Positions 1 to 11,029 of a stretch of 64,000 nt of DNA are shown piece after piece. The DNA is taken from assembly GCA_964016885.1 (NCBI GenBank), contig OZ024747.1:37820001-37884000 (forward strand). The letters run 5' to 3'. The position numbers were made by a program, and so were the translations under genes. The notes below the pieces were generated by a model. It saw only the letters and a list, made by a program, of their open reading frames with translations. It did not search any database and was not told the DNA's origin. Source of the DNA: Eledone cirrhosa. Lineage: Eukaryota. The stretch's first letter is position 1; each line of letters begins with the position of its first letter.

Positions 1-184
1 GGAAACCCACGTATAGAAAAAATTCAAAAGATAGTACTAATGGGAACTGCCCATATACTAAGAAAGATTCTGTCAATATAAGTACATCACAAGTCTAAAC
101 ACCTAAAGATGCATGTGTGTGTCTGTATTGGTGATAACTCGTATGAACATAAAGCAACATAAATGCAATAATAATAATAATAAT
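1..184 (+). mobile_element. 3' end of an R4/Dong-like (RLE) non-LTR retrotransposon with (TAA)n tail
   Basis: 1-81 translates GNPRIEKIQKIVLMGTAHILRKILSI*, matching the typical R4/Dong C-terminal motif IQKxxLxGTAHILRK. A short UTR and (TAA)n follow at ~168-184. Confidence 0.75.
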
Positions 185-879
185 ACATTTTTTATATAGT
201 CGTGAAATTATGAGAGGTTGTTCAGCCTCAGGTTAAGGCATCTGACCGAACGAGCATATTGTAATTACCATATATATTTGTAGACGCATTGTATTATTTA
301 AAAGTACACTACTCAATTTACATCTTTTTTAAAGGAGGAAGTGTGTGCTTGAATGAGATCTGGCTGTTATTACAAGCAGCTCTAGCAAGCCTGTAAAGGA
401 AGAGAATTTCTCGTTGGCTCGGAACAAATTTCGAAGTAAGTGGTGAAGGAATTTTATCCGAAAATCGATAAAGAGTTGCAATCTCGATTCCGGAAACCAC
501 ACAAAATAACAATCGTCATTTTCAGTAATAATATATTTAGCAGTCAGTAGGTGGTGGAATAGGGCACCGGGATAATTTATTTACAGAATTTAGTGTCCAA
601 CCTCTACGTTTTTTTGAAAACATTGCGGTTGTTTTTCATTCTTCAAGGATCAGTATAGATAGAAATATATATTTGGAAACAATTTAATAACCTATACGCT
701 TCATTTATTTCCCAGAAATACCAGAATATATCGTGGTTCGGTGGATAGTATTATTTTATTCATGGCACCAAAAGGTTTAGAAACATTGGTCCCGACAGTC
801 TATGGCATGCTTCCGAAGTAAGACTCAATACTTAAAGCCAAACCAATGTAACCTAATCATTGCATATATTTAGATATCA

Positions 880-1000
880 TTCTGAGTTCAAATCCCGCCG
901 AGGTTAACTTTGCCGTTCATCGTTACGAGATAGATAAAACAAAGTACCAGTAATGCACTAGGTGTTTGCTGACCTTGTGCCAAAAGTAGAAACAATTATT
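880..1000 (+). mobile_element. 5'-truncated tRNA-derived SINE
   Basis: B-box GAGTTCAAATCCC, the central domain CCGAGGTTAACTTTGCC..CATC..GATAAAA..AGTACCAG and the 3' end GTAGAAACAATT, all shared with ~12 other copies in the window. Confidence 0.85.
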
Positions 1001-1178
1001 AGTTCTACGTGAGTGATGGCTAAATGTCTGTGTTGTGTTGGTTACGAGGTGATACAAGCCATATGTTTATGACGTCATCATCTGGGACTTTCACAAATAA
1101 TTACCACTATCGTCTTTCTTATCACTGTTCTGAATCAAGGTACTTTACGATTGAATAGTAAAGTGCGACGATAGTTTC

Positions 1179-2440
1179 ATGGTGGGGTGTACATGGTGGG
1201 GTATATATGGTGGGGTGTACATGGTGGGGTATACATGATGGGGTATCCATGGTCGGGTATATATGGTGGGGTATACATAGTGGGGTGTACATGGTGGGGT
1301 ATATATGGTGGGGTGTACATGGTGGGGTATATATGGTGGGGTATGTATGGTGGGGTATACATGGTGGGGTATATATGGTGGAGTATATATGGTGGGGTAT
1401 ACATAGTGGGGTATACATGATGGGGTATCCATGGTCGGGTATATATGGTGGGGTATACATGGTGGGGTAAATATGGTGGGGTATATATGGTGGGGTGTAC
1501 ATGGTGGGGTATATATGGTGGGGTATGTATGGTGGGGTATACATGGTGGGGTATATATGGTGGGGTGTACATGGTGGGGGTAAACACGGTGGGGTATACA
1601 TGGTGGGGTATACATGGTGGCGTATACATGGTGGGGTAAATATGGTGGGGTATATATGGTGGGGTGTACATGGTGGGGTATATATGGTGGGGTATGTATG
1701 GTGGGGTATACATGGTGGGGTATACATGATGGGGTATACATGGTGGCGTATACATGGTGGGGTATACATGGTAGGGTATATATGGTAGGGTATATATGGT
1801 GGGGTATTAATGGTGGGGAAAACATGGTGGGGTATATATGGTGAGGTATTACGGTGGGGTATATAAGGTGGTGTATTAATGGTGGGGTATATATGATGGA
1901 GTATATATGGTGGGGTATACATGGTTGGGTATATATGATGGGGTATATAAGATGGGGTATATATGATGGGGTATATATGATGGAGTACATATGATGGGGT
2001 ATACATGGTGGGGTCTATATCGTGGGGTATACTTGATGGGGTATACATGGTGGGGTATATTTGGTGGGGTATACTTGATGAGGTATACATGGTGGGGTAT
2101 ACATGGTGGGGTATATATGATGGGCTATATATGATGGAGTATATATGATGGGGTATATATGATGGGGTATATATGGTGGGATATACATGGTGGGGTATAC
2201 ATGGTAAGGTATATATGGTGGGGTATATAGGGTGGGGTATATATGGGGGAGTATACATGATGGGGTATATATGATGGAGTATATATGTTGGGGTATATAT
2301 GGTGGGGTATATATGGTGGGGTATATATGGTGGGGTATATATGATGGGGTATACATGGTGGGGTATACATAATGGAGTATATATGGTGGGATATATATAT
2401 GGTGGGGTATATATGGTGGGGTATATATGATGGAGTATAT
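1179..2440. repeat. 14-bp G-rich minisatellite (ATGGTGGGGTATAY)n
   Basis: Directly visible tandem unit that degenerates toward the right end. It explains the YTPP/IPHH/YPT ORFs in all frames. Confidence 0.95.
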
Positions 2441-2534
2441 ATATATATTCAACTTTTAGATTTCAACACATGAATGGCTCCATGAATATATAGAGACACA
2501 AATACACACAGACACACATAGAGTATGTATGTGA

Positions 2535-2627
<93 letters not shown>

Positions 2628-2818
2628 AATTATTAATACAATAACAGAGATAGTTTAAAGCTAATCTCTGACTGGTAACCATCTCACTCAACAAACATTA
2701 GGTTATATTTTAATATAAACCCAATTTAAGTGTTTGGGGTGCTAACAATATGTATTATGTGGAAAAGCCAGTTGTATTATTTTATGAGATATAAATAAAG
2801 TTAAAATATATCTCTCTT

Positions 2819-2941
2819 TCCAAACAATTGTTTCATTATAAGTTTTCTACAAATTCGGAGAATATTTCCAGTTTATGTAGAAGCCTAATATACAATCATG
2901 TAAGAACATATTTAGGTGGGCGCTTATAAATCATCAGTGGA
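2819..2941 (-). ncRNA. Type I hammerhead ribozyme with extended stem II (array copy 1)
   Basis: Minus strand reads UCCA-CUGAUGA-UUUAUAAG...CUUAUAA-U-GAAAC-AAUU-GUU-UGGA. Stem I is UCCA/UGGA and loop III is palindromic (ACAAUUGU). Confidence 0.8.
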
Positions 2942-3816
2942 TGCTCATTAAACCTTGATATGAGAAAAACATTTCATACCACGGTTAAAAATCATGTCCG
3001 TTAAGTTGCTCCTTCCCGCATCGAATGACCGGCAAATTTGAAATTCCAGCAGTTTTTGACTGAGGAAGTGTTATAGCGTCACTAAGCGGGAAGGGGAGAC
3101 AACTACGATCCACGAAAGGAGGAAAAAAATAATATACACGCGGGTTAATCAGTTTATTCGAAAACATTATCAATCCAACGTGTTAAGAACTCAATTGAAA
3201 ATAAAAAAATAAATATATGCGTGTATAAATTACACACGCATATAGATATTTTCTTAGGCTAAAATCAGAGGTTGTACCTGAATAATAAACCGCATCTCTT
3301 AACCGTAGTAAATACGGAAAGTTATGCTTAGAAGGGCAAATGGGAATGTAAATCTCCGGCCGAATTAAGAGTAAAATATAAAACACACGCGGGTTAATTA
3401 GTTACTTCAAAACTAATATCAATTCCTCGTGTAAAGAACTCAATTAACTAAAAAAAAAAAAATGTATGCATGTAATTATATACATAGGCATAAATATATT
3501 TTTTTAGGCTAAAAAACAGAGAAGTTACAACCAATAAAAACCACAATATCGCACAACAGTAATAAATACGGAAAGTCAAATTTATAAGGTACCTGGAAAT
3601 AAACACCTCTGGCCAATCAAGAGTAAAATATTAATACAATAACAGAGATAGTTTAAAGCTAATCTCTGACTGGTAACCATCTCACTCAACAAACATTAGG
3701 TTATATTTTAATATAAACCCAATTTAAGTGTTTGGGGTGCTAACAATATGTATTATGTGGAAAAGCCAGTTGTATTATTTTATGAGATATAAATAAAGTT
3801 AAAATATATCTCTCTT

Positions 3817-3939
3817 TCCAAACAATTGTTTCATTATAAGTTTTCTACAAATTCGGAGAATATTTCCAGTTTATGTAGAAGCCTAATATACATTCATGTA
3901 AGAATATATTTAGGTGGGCGTTTATAAATCATCAGTGGA
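3817..3939 (-). ncRNA. Type I hammerhead ribozyme with extended stem II (array copy 2)
   Basis: Same motif as 2819-2941, shifted by 998 bp. Confidence 0.8.
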
Positions 3940-4827
3940 TGCCCATTAAACCTTGATATGAGAAAAACATTTCTTACCACGGTTAAAAATCATGTCCGTT
4001 AAGTTGCTCCTTCCCGCATCGAATGACCGGCAAATTTGAAATTCCAGCAGTTTTTGACTGAGGAAGTGTTATAGTGTCACTAAGCGGGAAGGGGAGACAA
4101 CTACGATCCACGAAAGGAGGAAAAAAATAATATACACGCGGGTTAATCAGTTTATTCGAAAACTATCAATCCAACGTGTTAAGAACTCAAATGAAAATAA
4201 AAAATAAATATATGCGTGTATAAATTACACACGCATATAGATATTTTCTTAGGCTAAAATCAGAGGTTGTACCTGAATAATAAACCGCATCTCGTAACCG
4301 TAGTAAATACGGAAAGTTATGCTTAGAAGGGCAAATGGGAATGTAAATCTCCGGCCGAATTAAGAGTAAAATATAAAACACACGCGGGTTAATTAGTTAC
4401 TTCAAAACTAATATCAATTCCTCGTGTAAAGAACTCAATTAACTAAAAAAAAAATGTATGCATGTAATTATATACATAGGCATAAATATATTTTTTTAGG
4501 CTAAAAAACAGAGAAGTTACAACCAATAAAAACCACAATATCGCACAACAGTAATAAATACGGAAAGTCAAATTTATAAGGTACCTGGAAATAAACACCT
4601 CTGGCCAATCAAGAGTAAAATATTAATACAATAACAGAGATAGTTTAAAGCTAATCTCTGACTGGTAACCATCTCACTCAACAAACATTAGGTTATATTT
4701 TAATATAAACCCAATTTAAGTGTTTGGGGTGCTAACAATATGTATTATGTGGAAAAGCCAGTTGTATTATTTTATGAGATATAAATAAAGTTAAAATATA
4801 TCCCTCTTTCCAAACAATTGTTTCATT

Positions 4828-5616
4828 ATAAAAACAAATAACGAAACGAAATTAAATTTCGTTTCGCTTCTAACTCACTTTTGTATGACTGACGCTTAAA
4901 CAATTAAGTTAAAGTGTACATCTACATATGTATACGGAAGTATTAGTATGCATATAAATACACACATGTATACATCTGTACATGTACTCAGTTTTTCACT
5001 AGACACTTTACAGTGAGTGTCAGCTAGTCTGTATGTAACCATACAGACGGACCGGGTTTTAGAGTCATACGAGGTTTCAAGGAAACACATTTCCTCTATT
5101 CTCCAGAGGGCCAGACAGGAATATTGGACTAGTTAATTTAATTGTTTAAGCGTCAGTCATACAAAAGTGAGTTAGAAGCGAAACGAAATTTAATTTCGTT
5201 TCGTTATTTGTTTTTATCGTTTCCGCTGAACCGGTGCGTACAATGACTCACGTTCTATGCAAATTAGTCTACCCACTACTAATTTTCATAGAAAAAGCAT
5301 ATAACGATATGTGCTTTTACAATTCTCCAGAGAAGCCGGAAGATGGGTAAATATTGCTGATGAGATGTAATAACATCGAAACTAGTCCAATATTCCTGTC
5401 TGGCCCTCTGGAGAATAGAGGAAATGTGTTTCCTTGAAACCTCGTATGACTCTAAAACCCGGTCCGTCTGTGTGGTTACATACAGACTAGCTGACACTCA
5501 CTGTAAAGTGTCTAGTGAAAAACTGAGTACATGTACAGATGTATACATGTGTGTATTTATATGCATACTAATACTTCCGTATACATATGTAGATGTACAC
5601 TTTAACTTAATTGTTT
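4828..5616 (+). mobile_element. 469-nt retrozyme-like monomer (5138-5606) preceded by an inverted 307-nt arm (4828-5134)
   Basis: TTAATTGTTT occurs at 5138 and 5607 (469 apart). The reverse complement of 4828-5134 equals 5380-5606 joined to 5138-5217. The target AATTGTTTCATTATAA is duplicated at 4816-4831 and 5609-5624. Confidence 0.85.
5350..5394 (+). ncRNA. Canonical minimal type I hammerhead ribozyme
   Basis: AAUAUUG-CUGAUGA-GAUGU-AAUA-ACAUC-GAAAC-UA-GUC-CAAUAUU: perfect 7-bp stem I, 5-bp stem II, palindromic ACUAGU and a GUC cleavage triplet (after 5387). Confidence 0.92.
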
Positions 5617-5810
5617 CATTATAAGTTTTCTACAAATTCGGAGAATATTTCCAGTTTATGTAGAAGCCTAATATACATTCATGTAAGCATATATTTAGGT
5701 GGGCGCTTATAAATCATCAGTGGATGCCCATTAAACCTTGATATAGGAAAAACATTTCTTACCACGGTTAAAAATCATGTCCGTTAAGTTGCTCCTTCCT
5801 GCATCGAATT

Positions 5811-7990
5811 AAAGAGTTAAACAAGATTCAATGATTATATCAAAGAATGAGTTTTTCAGTAGATTGGAAGCACTCTACGGTAAATAATTTTCCACAGTTA
5901 TTAATATTAAAATACAAATATTAATAAAATAGATGTTCTTTTGATCGATTACATTTTATTATTCATATTTAGTAGGTACAACAGTACGTCCTCATCAGAC
6001 AAAATATACTGATACATGACATACCCTGAGTTGTTAAATGGTTAAGATTTAATCAAGGTAGTGATTAACCTAAGAGAAAATTCAACATTTATACCCTAAT
6101 AATGAGAAAATGTGAAAACATAATAAATTCAATAGAGAATGTGTGAGTAAGAAAAACGTTGGTTAATGTGACAGCTATAGAGATTTTAAAATGTAGGATA
6201 CTACAAGTTATGGTTATCTAGGAAAACATCTCATGAATTATAACAGTCAATGAGGGCCGCTGAAAGGGGATTTAAAGAGAGAGAAAGATAAAGGGGAGTA
6301 ATATATGTAGAAAGAGATTTTTTCCAAAAGCTAAACGGTTAAGTTTCAAAATATTTAATTTATGTTATTTTAGGGTGAATAATCAAGATTTTAGGTTTTT
6401 TGCAAAATAATTGTCTAGATAGTAATTTGGTTTATAAAAGAGAGGAATTTAAAATACTCCATTCTTTGGACTAAACTTCGGAATTGTAGAGTTTACCGGA
6501 ACTCTAGTATATCAAATAACTGCGCGTTCTGTACAATGGAGACCCTGTTGATTATTAATAACTACGAGACCTTAATTAACAAAAGAGTGAATTATTCTCT
6601 AGTTGCCTTCATAAAGCTACGTCCACATTTTTAGCCTCCTACAAAACTAGGAAAAAAGAGAAAGAAACACTAAACCATTAAAACTTGGTTTTCAGACGTA
6701 TAAAATCAACAGGGAAAAACATTAATGACCTTTAATATGGCATTATCTTATAAATATATATAGAAGAAATAACGCTCGAATGAAAGACACCTGTTCAATA
6801 ACACGCCGGCACGTTGATATACATAACGTAATATTATTAACTTTGATCCACACCCTTATTTCTCTACATTTATTTTCCTATCTAAGTTTTAAATTTTGAA
6901 CTCCGAATTATCCATGCATTTATTATTGTTTTTCTTATATATATGTATGTATTTAACTGTAACACGTTGAAATCTATTATATAAGATTATAATCGTTATC
7001 ATTTACCTAAAGTATACTGTATCACTAATACCTAATATATATCTATATATACCTCCCTGTATCTCTCTTATACATCATTTTTAGATAACTTCTAAATTTC
7101 TAGATTATTATTTATTTTGAACTGTGAATAACTCATGCATTTACACGCTGTTATATATAGGTATCTATTTAACTTTAGCATGCTTCAATCTATTATTTTA
7201 TATTCGTTATCATTTACCTAAAATATACTGGCTCATTAATATATCTCTATATACATAATCGTTATTTAAATATTTCTAACAATAAGTACTTCATAAGCTT
7301 TACATACCGAAAATGTTGACATTTTTATAGATTATCTCCGTTAAAGTTTACATTTAGGAAAATATTCAACAGTGTAAATTTTCCTTTCGCTGGCCAGGTA
7401 AATCCTTTAAATGTTATCCTCATAAAATTCAGAAGCTTAGAAATGTTAACACACTTATAGAATTTATAAAATTAATAAATATAAATAACCAGCAACTTTA
7501 AAAATAAACTAAAATCTTGATTCTTCACCCTAAAATAACATAAATTAAATATTTTGAAACTTAACCGTTTAGCTTTTGGAAAAAATCTCTTTCTACATAT
7601 ATTACTCCACTTTATCTTTCTCTCTCTTTAAATCACCTTTCAGCGTCCCTCATTGACTGTTATAATTCATGAGATGTTTTCCTAGATAAACATAACTTGT
7701 AGTATCCTACATTTTAAAATCTCTATAGCTGTCACATTAACCAACGTTTTTCTTACTCACACATTTTCTATTGAATTTATTACGTTTTCGCATTTTTTCA
7801 TTATTAGGGTATAAATGTTGAATTTTCTCTTAAGTAAATCACTACCTTGATTACATCTTAACCATTTAACATCTCAGGGTATGTCATGTTTCATTATATT
7901 TTGTCTGATGAGGACGTACTGTTGTACCTCCTAAATATGTATAATAAAATGTAATTGATCAAAAGAACATCTATTTTATTAATATTTGTA

Positions 7991-7997
<7 letters not shown>
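5811..7997 (+). mobile_element. Non-coding PLE-derived element with ~500-bp inverted arms
   Basis: About 5903-6400 is the reverse complement of ~7505-7997. Degenerate HHRs lie at 5953-6005 (-) and 7898-7950 (+). It ends in (TA)n; a homolog lies at 41476-42350. Confidence 0.8.
7898..7950 (+). ncRNA. Degenerate minimal HHR (GAAA mutated to UAAA)
   Basis: AUUUUGU-CUGAUGA-GGACGUAC-UGUU-GUACCUCC-UAAA-UAUGUA-UA-AUAAAAU; mirror copy at 5953-6005. Confidence 0.65.
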
Positions 7998-8079
<82 letters not shown>

Positions 8080-8087
<8 letters not shown>

Positions 8088-8768
8088 TAAAATAACAGAT
8101 TAAAGTTTAAGCAAAGAATCGCTATGGTAAGGTTTTGCGTATGCTTGTGTATGTACGTATCTGTTTGCGTGTATGTATTTATTTGTTTCTATTACTTCTG
8201 TATTGTATTTATTTACTTTGTTCTTAACTCTGTAGCGGAGATTCATTCGGTCTCCTAGTTAGAATTTTAGTCTACAACTTCTGCTATACCATTTACGTGG
8301 TTTTGTCTTTGCGTGCTATTGTTCTCCACGCTCCACATATGACTTATTATCTTCGTTTTTTCGTTCATTGCCAGAGAACGTCTCTATGCACCACTTAGAG
8401 AACATTAGTCTACGACCTCTTTTATACCATAAACGTGCTCCTGTCTTTGCGCGTAATTGTTTTTCACCGCTCCTATTAATGACGTATTATTCGTTTTTTC
8501 CCGTTCTTTGCCAGCGAACGTCACCATGAACCAAAGTATCGTCTTCCTGTCTTCCTCCGGTTGCAACGTTTTTTGAAATATCCATTTCTGCGTTTACAGA
8601 TTGACTTTGTTAGTTTCAGAAGATCCCGTTAAGGGTGAAAGCAGCGATACTTTGCTTAAACTTTAAACTGTTATTTTAATAAATATTTGCTCTTCGGTTC
8701 TTATATATTTGATATATATTTTCCTTATCGAGCCCTCTTTGGATTTTAGTCTTCAATTTTATTATTAT

Positions 8769-8772
<4 letters not shown>
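8080..8772 (+). mobile_element. Short PLE-like insertion with a ~45-bp inverted arm and a degenerate HHR (8612-8662)
   Basis: 8080-8123 is inverted at 8643-8687. The motif reads AGUUU-CAGAAGA-UCCC-GUUAA-GGGU-GAAAGCA...UGCUU-AAACU. (TA)n flanks both sides. Confidence 0.65.
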
Positions 8773-8832
<60 letters not shown>

Positions 8833-8900
8833 TAAAATAACAGATTTATTATTATTACTATATATATATATAAACGGAAAAATTGAAACGATATTTCATA

Positions 8901-8934
<34 letters not shown>

Positions 8935-8936
<2 letters not shown>

Positions 8937-9400
8937 AAAGAATAGAGGTGTAACACACTAGTTATTATATATTGGTAAACGGAATAGAAAATGCTGACAA
9001 ATTGTTTACAGTGAAAAATAGTTTAATTAGGAATGAGTGAGAATTAGTAATTGTATTGGTTAGTATTCAGTTTTGGCGTTAAGTTTTACCGGTTGCGCAT
9101 TCCTAATGCTTTTCAAAAATAATTTTGAGATAGAGCGTCCGTGATGTTTGCTCTGAATGCTTTTCAAAAATAATTTTGAGATAGAGCGTCCGTGATGTTT
9201 ACTCTGATCAGAGCAAACATCACGGACACTCTATCTCAAAATTATTTTTGAAAAGCATTAGAAATGCGCAACCGGTAAAACTTAACACCCAAATGAATAC
9301 TAACCAATACAATTACTAATTCTCACTTATTCCTAATTAAACTATTTTTCACTGTGAACAATTTGTCAGCATTTTCTATTCCGTTTACTAATATATATAT
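8935..9400. repeat. Fold-back (palindromic) PLE-terminus insertion with an HHR-like motif in each arm
   Basis: Arms of ~190 bp meet at CTCTGATCAGAG, with a ~50-bp tandem duplication in the left arm. The motif UUGAAAA-GCAUU-AGA-AAUGC-GCAACCGGUA lies at 9248-9277. Confidence 0.75.
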
Positions 9401-9409
9401 GTATATATA

Positions 9410-9681
9410 TTTCGTTTCTGAAGCACACAAACACAAGATGGCGTAGGGCAGAACAAAGGAGAGGCACAAAAACAAAGAAAAGAATCCCCAGTCACCGAAG
9501 AGATTACAGAATGTGTGACGAAAGAACTTTGACAATATTTGAACAACCGTCCGGTTGTGGAACCAACCAACCAACCGGAAATTTATAAATTCTTAAATTT
9601 ATAAATTTAATTTATAATAAATTGGAGTGAAACCAGCTGGTGCGTGTGTTTCTTATTGGCAACATGACCCTCCCAAAGCAT

Positions 9682-9688
<7 letters not shown>
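9410..9688 (+). mobile_element. Solo 3' terminal fragment of the Naiad-like PLE family (cf. 52260-52528)
   Basis: Closely matches 52260-52528, including the HHR region (9490-9533, core mutated to CCGAAGA); ends in (TA)n. Confidence 0.85.
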
Positions 9689-9733
<45 letters not shown>

Positions 9734-9892
9734 GATAACAAGTTATCGTTATAGGTTAAAGCTTGTGAGTACCGTGTCGTGGATAGTTTTAACGTACGGC
9801 TTTGTTTGACTCAACAAGATGTTTCCATAGTTAGGCAGCGGGTTCGCGAGAATTCCTATGTAGGTTATACCTGGAGTAATAATAGTGAAAGA

Positions 9893-10680
9893 ATGAAGAG
9901 TAACATGGTTGGCTGTACAATATACATACCATCACACCGCTATCAGCTGTCAAACGGCCGACTGGTCACTAGATCATAGATCTCTTAACATCTCTTTCAC
10001 CCTCTCTCTCTGAAACCACATCAACCCCATTAAGACAAGACAATCAGCAAAACATTTACCACACACACTTTCAAAAACCCCATTCACCATCCACCCTTTG
10101 CCCTTGGGTCTCATACTAGTATCTCCCAATTAATTTCTAATTGATTGCTTTTTCTTTTATCTATCATTTGTTACTACCTCAGATTCTCTACACGTATCTA
10201 TGTATGTTTCGAATATGGCTTTTCATGTTAGCACTACATCCACCACAACATCCTTATACAGACACTTACTCACCACCACCACTATCATATTCTGTACTTA
10301 TATGCTCTTACTTATCTCTATTTCTTTATATATATATATTTTTTCCATTTTCTTACTTTTTTATTGTTTCTTTTTTCTTACTTTTTAATTTTTTACATCT
10401 GTAACTTCTTTACTTATTTATCATATATTTTATTATTGCTGTTATTGTTTTGATTCTCGCTATTTCTCTATATATATCATGCCATGTATGTATTATTTGT
10501 GTTCTGAGGATTTGATCAGAGGTAAATAATGTAATGGAGATAGAGTGACGCAACTTCGAGCGATTAGCGGTCTCTAGACTCACCTGATCAATGAAACAAT
10601 TGTTAACACCTGAAATAAAGCCCCTTGTTGTACAGGTAACCATGTTACTCTTCAATCTCTCTCCCCCTCACTTCCTCTCT
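9893..10680 (+). mobile_element. Non-coding PLE-like 3' fragment with a short inverted arm
   Basis: TGAAGAGTAACATGGTT..CTGTACAA (~9895-9920) is inverted at ~10628-10654; contains the HHR at 10499-10609. Confidence 0.6.
10499..10609 (+). ncRNA. Type I HHR with long stem II
   Basis: GUGUU-CUGAGGA-U-UUGAUCAG...CUGAUCAA-U-GAAAC-AAUU-GUU-AACAC, with a perfect 5-bp stem I and an 8-bp stem-II base. Confidence 0.8.
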
Positions 10681-10886
10681 ATCTCTCTCTCTATATATAT
10701 AGGTATATATATATACACATATATATATACATATATACTTATACACACACACACACACATATATATATATATGTGTATATACAAATACACACACAAACAC
10801 ATATATATATATACATACATACATACATACATACATATACATATATTCACACACACATATATACATATATATATATCCATACATAT

Positions 10887-10946
<60 letters not shown>

Positions 10947-10950
10947 GTAT

Positions 10951-11000
<50 letters not shown>

Positions 11001-11029
11001 ATACACATACATACATATATATATATACA

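Larger units (their letters stand above)
2631..5808 (-). mobile_element. Tandem array of a ~1-kb non-coding HHR-containing unit (retrozyme / non-autonomous PLE-like); two full units plus a partial, interrupted third
   Basis: TATTAATACAATAACAGAG starts at 2631, 3629 and 4621 (periods 998 and 992). There is one HHR per unit, and the 3' end abuts (TA)n. The third unit is split by an insertion at ~4828-5616. Confidence 0.85.

Noticed and set aside
1122-2452. Long Pro/His/Tyr-rich ORFs resembling extensin or adhesive proteins
   Set aside because: They are open in several frames and on both strands because a 14-bp stop-free minisatellite is being translated.
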